From positions 420,001 to 452,000 of the forward strand of contig NZ_CP007536.1 in assembly GCF_000698785.1 (NCBI RefSeq): a stretch of 32,000 bases of DNA. Reading direction: 5' to 3'. How positions within the stretch are numbered: the stretch's first letter is position 1; every line of letters starts with the position of its first letter. Below, piece after piece: positions 1 to 8,894 of the stretch. This DNA comes from Nitrososphaera viennensis EN76. Lineage in GTDB: Archaea; Thermoproteota; Nitrososphaeria; Nitrososphaerales; Nitrososphaeraceae. The notes under the pieces are model-generated. The model did no database searches, was not told the DNA's origin, and saw nothing but the letters and a program-made list of their open reading frames with translations. Position numbers and translations under genes: made by a program.

Positions 1-46
1 GCAGCATGTGCAAAAGGGTGCAAAAACAAGGTGGCGGATTGAGCGG

Positions 47-886
47 TTAGAGCGTTCTGCCGCTTATGCGCTCGTACGCAAGTATGTAGCGCCTTGAAAG
101 CTCGCCTGCTATTTCAGGCGCCACGGTGGGCGGCTCGGGCTTTTTGCCTTCCTTGGCAAGCCTGTCAATCTCTGCCTTGAATCCCGTCTTGATGAGCCAG
201 TCGCGCAAAAGCTGCTTGTCGTACGCCTCCTGCATCCTGCCCGGCGAGTAATCCGCCTTGAGCCAGAGCCGGTATTCGTCAGGCCCAAGCGAGTCGCCAA
301 GGACTATTCTGCCGCTTTCGTCGCGGCCAAACTCGAACTTGACGTCTGCGATGATAAAGCCTGCCTTCTCGACTATTGCACTCATCTTTTCATAGAGTAG
401 AATTGACGTCTTTTCGAGGAATTCATAGTCCTCTTTTGATACGAGGCCCATAGAGATTGCCTGCTCCTTGTTGACTGGCATGTCGTGCTCCTCGGATTTT
501 GTAGTCGGGTCAAATATCGGCCTTGGAAGCCTGCCGGCCATCACCGGCTTGTAATCTGCAGGGAGGCTCTTGCCGAGGTGGTCCTTGTAGCGGTCGGCAA
601 AACTGCCGTAGAAATACCCACGCACCACGCACTCTACAGGAATCATGGCCAGTTTCTTTACCACCATCTTGTCCTTGTCCTGCACGCGCAGCATGTGGTG
701 GGGCGTGCCAAGGGTGTTGAACCAGAACTCGCCAAACCTGCATAACACCTCTCCCTTTCTAGGTATGGGAGTTGCCATCTTGACGTCAAACGCCGACACC
801 CTGTCTGAGAAATGGAAGAGGATATTGTTGCCGTCGTCGTCAAGCTCGTAGATGTCCTTGACCTTGCCCTTGCGGATGAGCCTCAA
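47..886 (-). CDS. purC: SAICAR synthase (phosphoribosylaminoimidazole-succinocarboxamide synthase)
   Basis: 279-aa ORF. KGKVKDIYEL, FSDRVSAFD and LGPDEYRLW are PurC-type motifs. TTG start at 884-886. Divergent from purK. Confidence 0.9.
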   Translation of the reverse strand: MRLIRKGKVKDIYELDDDGNNILFHFSDRVSAFDVKMATPIPRKGEVLCRFGEFWFNTLGTPHHMLRVQDKDKMVVKKLAMIPVECVVRGYFYGSFADRYKDHLGKSLPADYKPVMAGRLPRPIFDPTTKSEEHDMPVNKEQAISMGLVSKEDYEFLEKTSILLYEKMSAIVEKAGFIIADVKFEFGRDESGRIVLGDSLGPDEYRLWLKADYSPGRMQEAYDKQLLRDWLIKTGFKAEIDRLAKEGKKPEPPTVAPEIAGELSRRYILAYERISGRTL

Positions 887-1004
887 CGCCGGATTGTTGC
901 GTGCTATGGCATATCTGCTTATCTGTCGTTGTTGTTTTTTGAAAGGCTTTTAACGGCGCCTGTACGAACCAACGGCGGGCTTGTTCAAGAGCGACGCGCT
1001 TTCT

Positions 1005-2162
1005 ATGGGACGGCAGACCTGCATCGGGATAATCGGCGGCGGGCAGCTTGGCAAGATGATAGCGCACGAGGCAAGGCGCATGTCGTTCAAGGTTATAGTG
1101 CTCGACCCGACCGAAGGCTGCCCCGCTTCAAAAATAGCCGACGAGCAGATCGTCGCCGACTTCAAGGACGAGGCCGCGATTATGAGGCTGGCAGAAAAAT
1201 GCGACGTGCTCACCTATGAAATCGAGCTGGCAAACTCCTCTGCACTCAAGCAGCTTGAGGAAAAAAGCTATCCTGTCAGGCCGGCCCCTGAGACCCTGCG
1301 CATCATCCAGAACAAGCACCGCCAAAAGTCGTTTTTGAAAGAGCACAGGATAGCAGTCCCAGACTTTGAGCTTGTAAAATCGGAGGAACACCTGCACGAA
1401 TTATGCAGGAAATTCGGGCTTCCCGCGGTGCTAAAGGCGACAGAGGACTCGTACGACGGCCGGGGCAACTTTGTGATAAAGTCCGGGGACGACGTGCACA
1501 GAGCCTACGAGTATTTCAAGGGCAGGCAAGTCATGCTGGAAAAGTTTGTCCCCTTTACAAAGGAAGTGTCGATAATGGTGGCAAGGAACCCTTCTGGGCA
1601 GATAGAGTCGTTTCCAGTCGTCGAAAACATACACAAAAACAGCATCCTTGACACCACGATTGCGCCGGCGCAGATCAGCCGCAAGGTCGAGCAGAAAGCG
1701 ATAAGGCTGGCAAAGAGGACGATGGAAGTGCTGCACGGCGCAGGCATCTTTGGCATCGAAATGTTTGTCACGAAAAAAGGCGACGTGCTGGTAAACGAGA
1801 TTGCGCCCCGCGTCCACAACTCGGGCCACTACACCAACGAGGCCTGCTCGGTCTCGCAGTTTGAGCAGCACTTGAGGGCGGTGCTTGACCTGCCGCTGGC
1901 AAAGCCGGAGCTGCTGTCGCCGGCGGTCATGATAAACATACTGGGCCCGGAGGGCTTTGACGGCGTGTACGCAGTTACCGGCCTTGACGCTATGATGAAG
2001 GTGCCCGGGGCGGAACTGTACATCTATGGCAAAAAGGTATCAAAACCATGCAGAAAGCTCGGCCATATCACGGCGACCGGCAGGACTGTAAAAGAGGCCC
2101 TAGCAAGGGCTAAAAAGGCGCGCAATGCTATCACACTCGTGCCGGCGACGGAGGCAAGATAG
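1005..2162 (+). CDS. purK: N5-carboxyaminoimidazole ribonucleotide synthase (ATP-grasp)
   Basis: [12 protein letters not shown] Rossmann-like N-terminus followed by an ATP-grasp body ([28 protein letters not shown]). Lies directly upstream of purE. I prefer ATG 1005 over the ORF-track TTG 981, but the start is uncertain. Confidence 0.88.
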   Translation: MGRQTCIGIIGGGQLGKMIAHEARRMSFKVIVLDPTEGCPASKIADEQIVADFKDEAAIMRLAEKCDVLTYEIELANSSALKQLEEKSYPVRPAPETLRIIQNKHRQKSFLKEHRIAVPDFELVKSEEHLHELCRKFGLPAVLKATEDSYDGRGNFVIKSGDDVHRAYEYFKGRQVMLEKFVPFTKEVSIMVARNPSGQIESFPVVENIHKNSILDTTIAPAQISRKVEQKAIRLAKRTMEVLHGAGIFGIEMFVTKKGDVLVNEIAPRVHNSGHYTNEACSVSQFEQHLRAVLDLPLAKPELLSPAVMINILGPEGFDGVYAVTGLDAMMKVPGAELYIYGKKVSKPCRKLGHITATGRTVKEALARAKKARNAITLVPATEAR

Positions 2163-2167
2163 CAGCA

Positions 2168-2686
2168 ATGAAAAAGCCGCTTGTAGGAATCATCATGGGA
2201 AGCGACTCTGACCTGCCGGTGATGAAAGAGGCGGCAGAGTTCCTCGACTCGTTTGGCGTCCCAAACGAGGTGACGATAGTGTCCGCGCACCGCACCGCAA
2301 AGCGAATGTACGATTATGCCAAGGGCGCCAAGAAAAGAGGGATAGAGGTGATAATCGCAGGCGCAGGAGGCGCGGCTCACCTTCCGGGCATGACCGCATC
2401 GCTCACTTCCCTGCCTGTTATAGGCGTCCCGATAAAGACCAAGAGCCTTGACGGCATTGATTCGCTGCTTTCGATAGCGCAGATGCCGCCCGGCGTCCCC
2501 GTTGCGACGGTGGCAATAAACGGCGCAAAAAACGCCGGCATACTTGCGTGCCAGATCCTTGCAGCCAAGCACCCTGCCATCGCAAAAAAGGTGGAGAAAT
2601 TCAAGCAGGAGATGGAAGGCTCGGTGCTTGAAAAGGCCCAGTCTCTTGAAGACATGGGTTTTAACAAGTACCTGGCAAGAAAATAA
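2168..2686 (+). CDS. purE: N5-CAIR mutase (class I PurE)
   Basis: [18 protein letters not shown] and [10 protein letters not shown] signatures. Starts 5 nt after the purK stop. Confidence 0.93.
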   Translation: MKKPLVGIIMGSDSDLPVMKEAAEFLDSFGVPNEVTIVSAHRTAKRMYDYAKGAKKRGIEVIIAGAGGAAHLPGMTASLTSLPVIGVPIKTKSLDGIDSLLSIAQMPPGVPVATVAINGAKNAGILACQILAAKHPAIAKKVEKFKQEMEGSVLEKAQSLEDMGFNKYLARK

Positions 2687-2747
2687 GACAAGATCGTCGT
2701 CGATTGCAGCAGTAGAATTTATTTGGCCGCTCCCGATACCTCTTGGC

Positions 2748-3035
2748 GTGGAGCAAGAGCATTCCAGCCATTCCCACGATTCGCACGAAGAACACGGGCA
2801 CGGCGACGGCGAGCCCGTGACAATCAAAAAAATGACGCCAAACGAGATGCTGGCAAACGACCTGAACGAGCACGGCATTATCGCAGAGCATGTTGTGCAG
2901 GGCACGCACCCGATTGAAAGCGAGCCGTGCTACAGCCACATGTTTGGCATGAATTCCAAGTTCACGACCAACAGGGGAGTCATAAGGGTCAGGGGCAAGA
3001 ACTTTGACCTTGTTCAGGTGCTCCAGAAACACTAG
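2748..3035 (+). CDS. Small hypothetical protein with His-rich N-terminus
   Basis: This frame stays open through the purE 3' end. The first start after the purE stop is GTG 2748; ATG 2832 is the alternative. GC-rich third positions support coding. N-terminus reads EHSSHSHDSHEEHGHGDGE. No family recognised. Confidence 0.5.
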   Translation: MEQEHSSHSHDSHEEHGHGDGEPVTIKKMTPNEMLANDLNEHGIIAEHVVQGTHPIESEPCYSHMFGMNSKFTTNRGVIRVRGKNFDLVQVLQKH

Positions 3036-3050
3036 CGGGTGATATATATT

Positions 3051-3440
3051 ATGAAACAGGATGCAATGCCACTTCCATACGGGGCGCTTGACTACTACCA
3101 GATACACTACATCGTCAGTACGGGCGATAATAATGGCGCAAACACGCAGCAATTTCTCGCAAGGTGTGAGCCGATAACCAAGGGCCACTTTTCAGAGAAG
3201 CGAGTCGTGGCAGTCAAGTGGACGGGAGCAAGTGCATTTGCAGACAAGCTGCAGCAGGACGAGCGCCTTACCGAGCTGCTAAAGCAGGTGCTCCTGCACG
3301 AGCGCGAGGTCCGCGTCGACCCGCTTGACGGGCACGTCAGGATCTACGGCCGGTGGAACCACGATGAGAACCTGAAGGCAAACCCTGCAATGGTAGAGAT
3401 CGCAGACATTATAGCCGGCCACATCAAGGCCGCGCTCTAA
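3051..3440 (+). CDS. Hypothetical protein
   Basis: 129-aa ORF from ATG 3051 (the ORF track uses GTG 3039). Starts 15 nt after the previous stop on the same strand. Codon bias is coding-like. No recognisable motif. Confidence 0.55.
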   Translation: MKQDAMPLPYGALDYYQIHYIVSTGDNNGANTQQFLARCEPITKGHFSEKRVVAVKWTGASAFADKLQQDERLTELLKQVLLHEREVRVDPLDGHVRIYGRWNHDENLKANPAMVEIADIIAGHIKAAL

Positions 3441-3512
3441 GCCACATCTTTTTTCATCATCTCGTTAGCTTTAATAATCGTGCAGAGGTCTCTTGCACCC
3501 TGAAGAATATTG

Positions 3513-5306
3513 ATGAGTGGTTTAAAATTTGACGGTAAAACAGTTGTTGTCACTGGAAGCGGCACAGGCATCGGCCAGGCCATTGCCAAGAGGTTTGCCG
3601 AGGCAGGCGCCAACATTGTCATCATGGGCAGGCGCAAGGAGCCCCTTGACCAGACAGCCGAGATACTAGACGACATCATCAAAAAGGCCGGCTCAAAGGG
3701 CAGGGTCGCCACCTTTCCCGGGGTAGACGTCTCTGACGAGGACGGCATCAACGCGATGTTTGAAGGCGTCAAGAAGCAGTTTGGCAAGGTCGACATCATC
3801 GTCAACAACGCCGGCGTTTCCGGGCCGGTCAAGACTTTTACAAACGCAAGCGTCAAGGAATTCCGCGAGTGCGTGGCAATACACCTGACTGGAACCTTCT
3901 GGACCTCTGCCGCAGGGCTGAAGGCGATGGAAAAGGGAGGCAAGATAATCACGATATCTACATTCTTTTCGGAGGAAAACAGGTACGAGCAGCGCCCGTA
4001 CCGCTTCAGGACGCCGTACACCGCCTCGCAGGGCGCCAAGAACAGGCTGGCCGAGTGCCTCGCATGGGAGCTGGCCGAAAGAGGCATACGCTCGATTGCC
4101 ACGAACCCCGGTCCGGTGCACTCTGACAGGATCTACAAGACCGTGTATCCAAAGGCGGCGGCGGAGTTTTTGCGCGTTGGAGGATATCCGGGACTTTCGT
4201 CAACAGAGGTCGAGGTAGTCACTGCAAAGGCACTCCCATATCTCGGCGATGCCGACGATGTTGTGAAAAAGGCGTGCAGGGACGCGGCGACTGAAATCGC
4301 GACAAAGCGCGGCCAGTCAGACGAAGTGACTGTTTCAAAACTTGCAGAAACCGTTCAAGGTGCGCTTGCCAAGATGCAAGAGATTGCCGAGAAAATCCAG
4401 GGCAACACGAGCAAGATGATAGTGGACAGCGAATTTCTTTCACAGGACGAGGTCGCCGAGATGGTGCTGAACCTCTCTGACGAAAAGATAAGCAAGCTGA
4501 TAAACGGCAGGGTGATACCAAACGACCGCGTCTTTTACCCTGTCAAGCCGATTGTCGGCACAGGCGTCGATATACTGCCCGGCTCTGAACTGAAGGGCAA
4601 GGTAATCGTGCTGACGACAACGTCATCTTCTGCTAAAGACATTGACAGGGTGAAAAAGGTCGCAGGGATCGCGCAGGTCGCAGGAGCCAAGCAGGTCATA
4701 GTCCTGTACCGAAACAAGGCCGACGAAGCTCATTTCAAGGAATTCCACAGCCATGCGATCGATTTTCTCGACGAAACGGCAGTGAGGCGCATATTCAACA
4801 CCGCCAAGACGCACTTTGGCCCGATTGACGCGGTCATACACTTTACCGGCGACTATGACTACAACTCGGCATTTAGCACGATGTCAAGGAAGCAGTGGGA
4901 GAGCCTCATCGACAACTTTGTCTACATACCCGGCATGCTGGTAAAAGAGTCGGTAATCGCTATGGCCCCGGAAGGCGCGCTTGCCGAGCCGGCCAAGTTC
5001 AAGGGAACCAAGGGCACGGTCACCATAGTCGGCCCAGACGCCCCTGTCGGCAAGAAAATATCAGGCACGCTTCGTGCACGCGCTGACGTGTTCCGCGGGG
5101 CGCTGAGGCCGTACACGGCGACTACGAACCAGGAGCTTGGCGACGTGCTTGGCTCAAACATCAAATTGCACTTGGTGCTTGCAGGAAACAGCGAAGGGGC
5201 AGAGCCAAATGCGGACAGGCTGCATGCCTCCATCCTGAGCCTTGCGGCAGGCGCGGCGCTCAAGCGAAACGAGGCAATATTCTATATCGACGAAGCAAGG
5301 AACTAA
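3513..5306 (+). CDS. Two-domain short-chain dehydrogenase/reductase (catalytic SDR plus degenerate SDR-like domain)
   Basis: N-terminal classical SDR motifs: TGSGTGIGQAIA, IVNNAGV, PYTASQGAK, NPGPVHSDRI. The C-terminal ~250 aa look Rossmann-like (KGKVIVLTTTSSS...) but lack a Gly-rich loop. Tandem stops TAA-TGA, then a T7 run. Confidence 0.8.
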   Translation: MSGLKFDGKTVVVTGSGTGIGQAIAKRFAEAGANIVIMGRRKEPLDQTAEILDDIIKKAGSKGRVATFPGVDVSDEDGINAMFEGVKKQFGKVDIIVNNAGVSGPVKTFTNASVKEFRECVAIHLTGTFWTSAAGLKAMEKGGKIITISTFFSEENRYEQRPYRFRTPYTASQGAKNRLAECLAWELAERGIRSIATNPGPVHSDRIYKTVYPKAAAEFLRVGGYPGLSSTEVEVVTAKALPYLGDADDVVKKACRDAATEIATKRGQSDEVTVSKLAETVQGALAKMQEIAEKIQGNTSKMIVDSEFLSQDEVAEMVLNLSDEKISKLINGRVIPNDRVFYPVKPIVGTGVDILPGSELKGKVIVLTTTSSSAKDIDRVKKVAGIAQVAGAKQVIVLYRNKADEAHFKEFHSHAIDFLDETAVRRIFNTAKTHFGPIDAVIHFTGDYDYNSAFSTMSRKQWESLIDNFVYIPGMLVKESVIAMAPEGALAEPAKFKGTKGTVTIVGPDAPVGKKISGTLRARADVFRGALRPYTATTNQELGDVLGSNIKLHLVLAGNSEGAEPNADRLHASILSLAAGAALKRNEAIFYIDEARN

Positions 5307-5323
5307 TGACTACCCCTTCTTCC

Positions 5324-5330
5324 TTTTTTT
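5324..5330 (+). terminator. Oligo-T tract downstream of the SDR gene
   Basis: A TTTTTTT run begins 18 nt after the stop codon, in the convergent spacer. Archaeal terminators are typically oligo-T. Confidence 0.4.
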
Positions 5331-5339
5331 GACTGCTAT

Positions 5340-6116
5340 CTACAGTTTTACGCCAAATCCTTCAAGGATGAACGTTATGGCCACCATTATGAGCACAATG
5401 CCAAGCATCTTTCTAAGCAGCGTTTCCTTGGCATTTTTTGACCACCTGGCTCCAAGCTGCGCGCCGATAAACGCGCCGGCAGAAAGCGCCACCGCGTAAA
5501 GATAGTTTGGGTTGCCCACCGCAGCATGCGTGAAAATCCCTGCAAACGACGTTATCATGAGCGTCAGCTGCGAAGTCGCCGCGGCATTGCGCATCGTCAT
5601 GCGGTGGATGAGGAGCATCACCGGTACGAATACTGTGCCTCCGCCCACGCCAAAGAGGCTCGATATTATGCCTGCTCCAAATGTTATCGCAAACACCGCC
5701 GCGTGCTGCACAACAGACATCTTGCGTTGCCCCCTTTCCTTCAATATGGAGCTCTTGAACACGACGTACGCGCCTACCGCCATCAGCAGTATGCCAAAGT
5801 ACAGCTTGAACTCTGCATCAGATATGCCCCCTGAGATGAACACCCCGAGCACCGCGCCTGGCACCGCCGCCATTGCAAGCTGGATTGCGCGCCTGTAGTC
5901 GATCCTATTTTGGCGCGAGTATGCCACGGTTGACGATACGCTTGTCGACGTGACCGCAAATAGGCTCGTAGCTGCCGCCTGGGCATGCGGAAGACCCATG
6001 AACGTGAGCGCCGGCACCATGATTATGCCTCCGCCCACGCCCAGCATGGAGCCTAGGGTGCCGGCTCCAAGGCCGACTGCCACAAGCACTATAACGGTGG
6101 TGACGATGTCAAGCAA
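5340..6116 (-). CDS. TauE/SafE (TSUP, DUF81) family membrane permease
   Basis: 258 aa, polytopic and Gly-rich. The LGVGGGIIMVPAL and LFGVGGGTVFVPVM internal repeat is typical of TSUP transporters. Confidence 0.8.
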   Translation of the reverse strand: MLDIVTTVIVLVAVGLGAGTLGSMLGVGGGIIMVPALTFMGLPHAQAAATSLFAVTSTSVSSTVAYSRQNRIDYRRAIQLAMAAVPGAVLGVFISGGISDAEFKLYFGILLMAVGAYVVFKSSILKERGQRKMSVVQHAAVFAITFGAGIISSLFGVGGGTVFVPVMLLIHRMTMRNAAATSQLTLMITSFAGIFTHAAVGNPNYLYAVALSAGAFIGAQLGARWSKNAKETLLRKMLGIVLIMVAITFILEGFGVKL

Positions 6117-6164
6117 AGGCTAGAACCTGATTGTAGGCCCAGATTCCTTAAAACTCTACCTCTT

Positions 6165-6617
6165 CTAGGCGCCGTCCTTCCACGCGTTGAGGACAGTTAT
6201 CACCTGCGTGCCGGCGACGCCCGGTACCGTCTTTATCCTGCTTGCAACGATGTCGGCAAGGTCGCTTGGGCCCCTTGCCCTCACCTTCAGAAGCAGGTCG
6301 CCGTACGTGTGCGTCTCGTGCACCTCTGCCACGACGTCAAGCGCTGCAAGCCTTTTTGCAACTTCTGCAGTTCTTCCCGGCGCTGCATTGAGAAGGACAA
6401 ACGCGATTGCGCCCTGTCCCATTGCCATCGGGTCTATTGATATTGTGAACCTGCGAATGACTCCAAGCCGGCGCAGCTTGTTCACCCTGTTCCTCACAGT
6501 GCCTTCCGTCACCCTTAGCATGCCTGCGATCTTGACTGACGGAGTCGAGCTGTCCTTTTGCAGGATCTCGACAAGCCTGATGTCAAGCTCGTCAATGTCT
6601 GCTGCCGCCGGCCTCAC
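6165..6617 (-). CDS. Lrp/AsnC-family transcriptional regulator
   Basis: LDIRLVEILQKDSSTPSVKIAGMLRVTEGTVRNRVNKLRRLGVI forms the HTH, followed by a RAM-like C-terminal domain. Divergent from hom. Confidence 0.85.
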   Translation of the reverse strand: MRPAAADIDELDIRLVEILQKDSSTPSVKIAGMLRVTEGTVRNRVNKLRRLGVIRRFTISIDPMAMGQGAIAFVLLNAAPGRTAEVAKRLAALDVVAEVHETHTYGDLLLKVRARGPSDLADIVASRIKTVPGVAGTQVITVLNAWKDGA

Positions 6618-6708
6618 AGGACAAGCGTTGTACCTGCTTGCGCTTTATAGTTTTGTCGTTGCTGTTGTAAACATATTAACCCGACTACTTTAAGCAAATG
6701 GGTAGAAA

Positions 6709-7722
6709 TTGCGCGTAATCCTTGTGGGCTTTGGCGTTGTTGGCCAGAGTTTTGCAAAGCTGCTGCTTTCACGCTCTGCAGACCTTTACAGCCAGCACGG
6801 GATAAAGCCGAGGATAGTGGCATGCGTCGACAACAGGGGCTCTGCCGTGTCGCCTGCCGGCCTCGACCTTGAGCGCCTGCTTGCGGCAAAAAAGGCCAAG
6901 GGCACCGTCGGCGCGTACGAGAAAAAATCTGCAAAATTCGACCCGTTGCAGGTCATTGAAAACGTCGAGGCAGAAGTCGTGATAGAATGCACGCCAACAG
7001 ACCTCTCGACGGGCGAGCCGGGGACCTCGCACATCATATCGGCGATGAGGACGGGCAAGAACGTCATCAGCATAAACAAGGGCCCGCTTGCGCTTGCGTT
7101 TCCATCGCTGATAGAGCTGGCAAACTATAACGGGGTCATGTTCAGGTTCAGCGGCACCGTCGGCGGCGGCACCCCGATACTGGAATTTGCAAAGCGCTGC
7201 CTGAAGGGCGACAGGATAATCTCGTTCCAAGGCATACTGAACGGCACGACAAACTATATCCTCAGCAAGATGGAAGAAGGCCTGACGTACCAGAGCGCCC
7301 TTTTGGACGCCAAGGAAAAAGGCTACGCCGAGGCCAAGCCCGAGCTTGACACGGACGGCTACGACGCGGCGGCAAAACTGGTCATCATGGCCAACTGGAT
7401 AATGGGCATGAAGGTGACCATGAAGGACGTGGCAAGGACCGGGATATCAGAAGTCAGCGTCGCAGACGTCGAAAAGGCGCAGTCGCGTGGAAACGCGATA
7501 AAGCTGATAGCGGCATGCGACAGCAGGCGCCTTGAGGTCAAGCCTACCCCGGTGTCAAAGAAGGACCCGATATGCGTCAACGGCACGCTCAACGCCGTCA
7601 CGTTCTCGTCAGAGCACTCGGGCTCGCAGACAATCATAGGGCGCGGGGCGGGCGGCATGGAGACTGCAAGCGCGGTGCTTCGCGACCTCATAGAGATCCG
7701 GGACACCATTTTTGAGCGCTAG
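6709..7722 (+). CDS. hom: Homoserine dehydrogenase
   Basis: MRVILVGFGVVGQ NAD-binding N-terminus. FRFSGTVGGGTPIL and GILNGTTNYIL signatures. TTG start at 6709. Confidence 0.9.
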   Translation: MRVILVGFGVVGQSFAKLLLSRSADLYSQHGIKPRIVACVDNRGSAVSPAGLDLERLLAAKKAKGTVGAYEKKSAKFDPLQVIENVEAEVVIECTPTDLSTGEPGTSHIISAMRTGKNVISINKGPLALAFPSLIELANYNGVMFRFSGTVGGGTPILEFAKRCLKGDRIISFQGILNGTTNYILSKMEEGLTYQSALLDAKEKGYAEAKPELDTDGYDAAAKLVIMANWIMGMKVTMKDVARTGISEVSVADVEKAQSRGNAIKLIAACDSRRLEVKPTPVSKKDPICVNGTLNAVTFSSEHSGSQTIIGRGAGGMETASAVLRDLIEIRDTIFER

Positions 7723-7730
7723 GGGGCATC

Positions 7731-7752
7731 TTGCGCCTGAAAAGGGGCGCAA
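7731..7752 (+). terminator. Hairpin just after the hom stop
   Basis: TTGCGCC (7731-7737) pairs with GGCGCAA (7746-7752) around an 8-nt loop, 9 nt after the hom stop. No adjacent T-run, so its function is uncertain. Confidence 0.25.
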
Positions 7753-7803
7753 TCGGCCGTGTTAAAACCCTTAACCTGAACTGTCAAGCGGCAGAAACAA
7801 ATT

Positions 7804-7815
7804 ACCTATAAATAT
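7804..7815 (+). promoter_or_regulatory. TATA-like box upstream of the small zinc-ribbon ORF
   Basis: ACCTATAAATAT lies 33-44 nt upstream of ATG 7848. A second CCTATAA sits at 7834-7840. Confidence 0.45.
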
Positions 7816-7847
7816 CCGATTTGCATTAAAATTCCTATAACATCAGC

Positions 7848-8003
7848 ATGCAGATTTTAGATGCAGACACTGAAAAAACTGAGGAAATTGCAGGAGGGGA
7901 GATTGCCTGCAACCACTGTGGCAAGAGGCCTGCAGAGATATTCCAGGTGACAGGCGACTATTGCATCGAGTGCTGGCAGGCCATAACGCACACAAACGCC
8001 TAG
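7848..8003 (+). CDS. Small zinc-ribbon protein (51 aa), absent from the ORF track
   Basis: MQILDADTEKTEEIAGGEIACNHCGKRPAEIFQVTGDYCIECWQAITHTNA. Carries CxxCG and CxxC pairs, a TATA-like box upstream, and moderate GC3. Confidence 0.55.
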   Translation: MQILDADTEKTEEIAGGEIACNHCGKRPAEIFQVTGDYCIECWQAITHTNA

Positions 8004-8007
8004 TTAG

Positions 8008-8727
8008 CTAGCCTATCCTGAATCCCCCAAACGAAACGCCAGTGTTGTTTGACGTGGTTTCTGCGCGCTGGTTTATCCCGAGTATGTCTATAAGCTCGCG
8101 CAGGTTCTTTGTCTGGAACAGGACCGGCCCCGGCCCGGTGCATTTGGTCACAAAGCCCTCTCCTCCAAGTATGTTTGTCTTTAGGCCGCCTATCTGCGTG
8201 ACATTGTACTGCACGCGTTCGCCAAGCGCGACCAAGTGGTAGTTATCCACGCTCATACTCTCGCCCGGCAACAGGTCCTTCTGCACGATTCCCCCGTAGG
8301 CGTTTGCAAAGAGGTCGCCTTCCCCAGTTGCCTTTAGCATGAAAAATTCAGATCCAAAAAGCCCCTTTGTGAACCCCTGCCACTGGGTGTCAAGGAGCAC
8401 GCCTGCAGTCGACGCGACGTACGAGCCGGACTGGACGATAAAGCCGCTTCCCGGCTTGATGTCCAGGCGCACAATGTCGCCGATGGGCGGGCCGGTCAGC
8501 CCTAGCGAGCAGTCGCTTTTTGCGATAAAGTCGTTTACAAAGAACGACTCGCCTCCAAGCGCCGTGACCTTTAGTTTCTTCAAGAACCCGCCTTCTCTTG
8601 TCCTCGTCTTTATCTCGATATCGCCTTTCATGTAGACCATCGCGCCGGATTCAGTGGTTATCTTTTCTCCTGCAGACATCTGGACCTCAAGGAGCGCCAT
8701 GGGCGCCTTGACTATGCTAAACTGCAT
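8008..8727 (-). CDS. AIM24/DUF124 (TIGR00266) family protein
   Basis: GAMVYMKGDIEI, LGGESFFVN, FMLKATGEGDLF and GGEGFVTKCTGPGPVLFQT match the family pattern as I recall it. I set the start to ATG 8725-8727. The 33-aa ORF-track extension crosses a TATA-like TTTATAC. Confidence 0.8.
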   Translation of the reverse strand: MQFSIVKAPMALLEVQMSAGEKITTESGAMVYMKGDIEIKTRTREGGFLKKLKVTALGGESFFVNDFIAKSDCSLGLTGPPIGDIVRLDIKPGSGFIVQSGSYVASTAGVLLDTQWQGFTKGLFGSEFFMLKATGEGDLFANAYGGIVQKDLLPGESMSVDNYHLVALGERVQYNVTQIGGLKTNILGGEGFVTKCTGPGPVLFQTKNLRELIDILGINQRAETTSNNTGVSFGGFRIG

Positions 8728-8894
8728 GTCCTCGACACGGCCTGTATGCGTATAAAGTTGTGCCTGCGCAAAAAGAAGAAGATGATGGATGGATGGATGT
8801 AAACGATAATTAACGATGGGAAACATAGTCTGCCTGAGAAAAACTGAAGATCTCGGTCCTTTCTAAAAGCGAAACTTCTGACCTCGTTGACAAG

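Noticed and set aside
2024-2905. 293-aa minus-strand ORF, together with many other long ORF-track entries (for example 3437..4102, 19094..19783, 20548..21174, 25176..25724, 27133..27882).
   Set aside because: They lie antisense to, or out of frame within, genes that have clear family motifs. Their translations are Arg/Ala/Cys-rich and low-complexity, as expected for shadow ORFs in GC-rich DNA.
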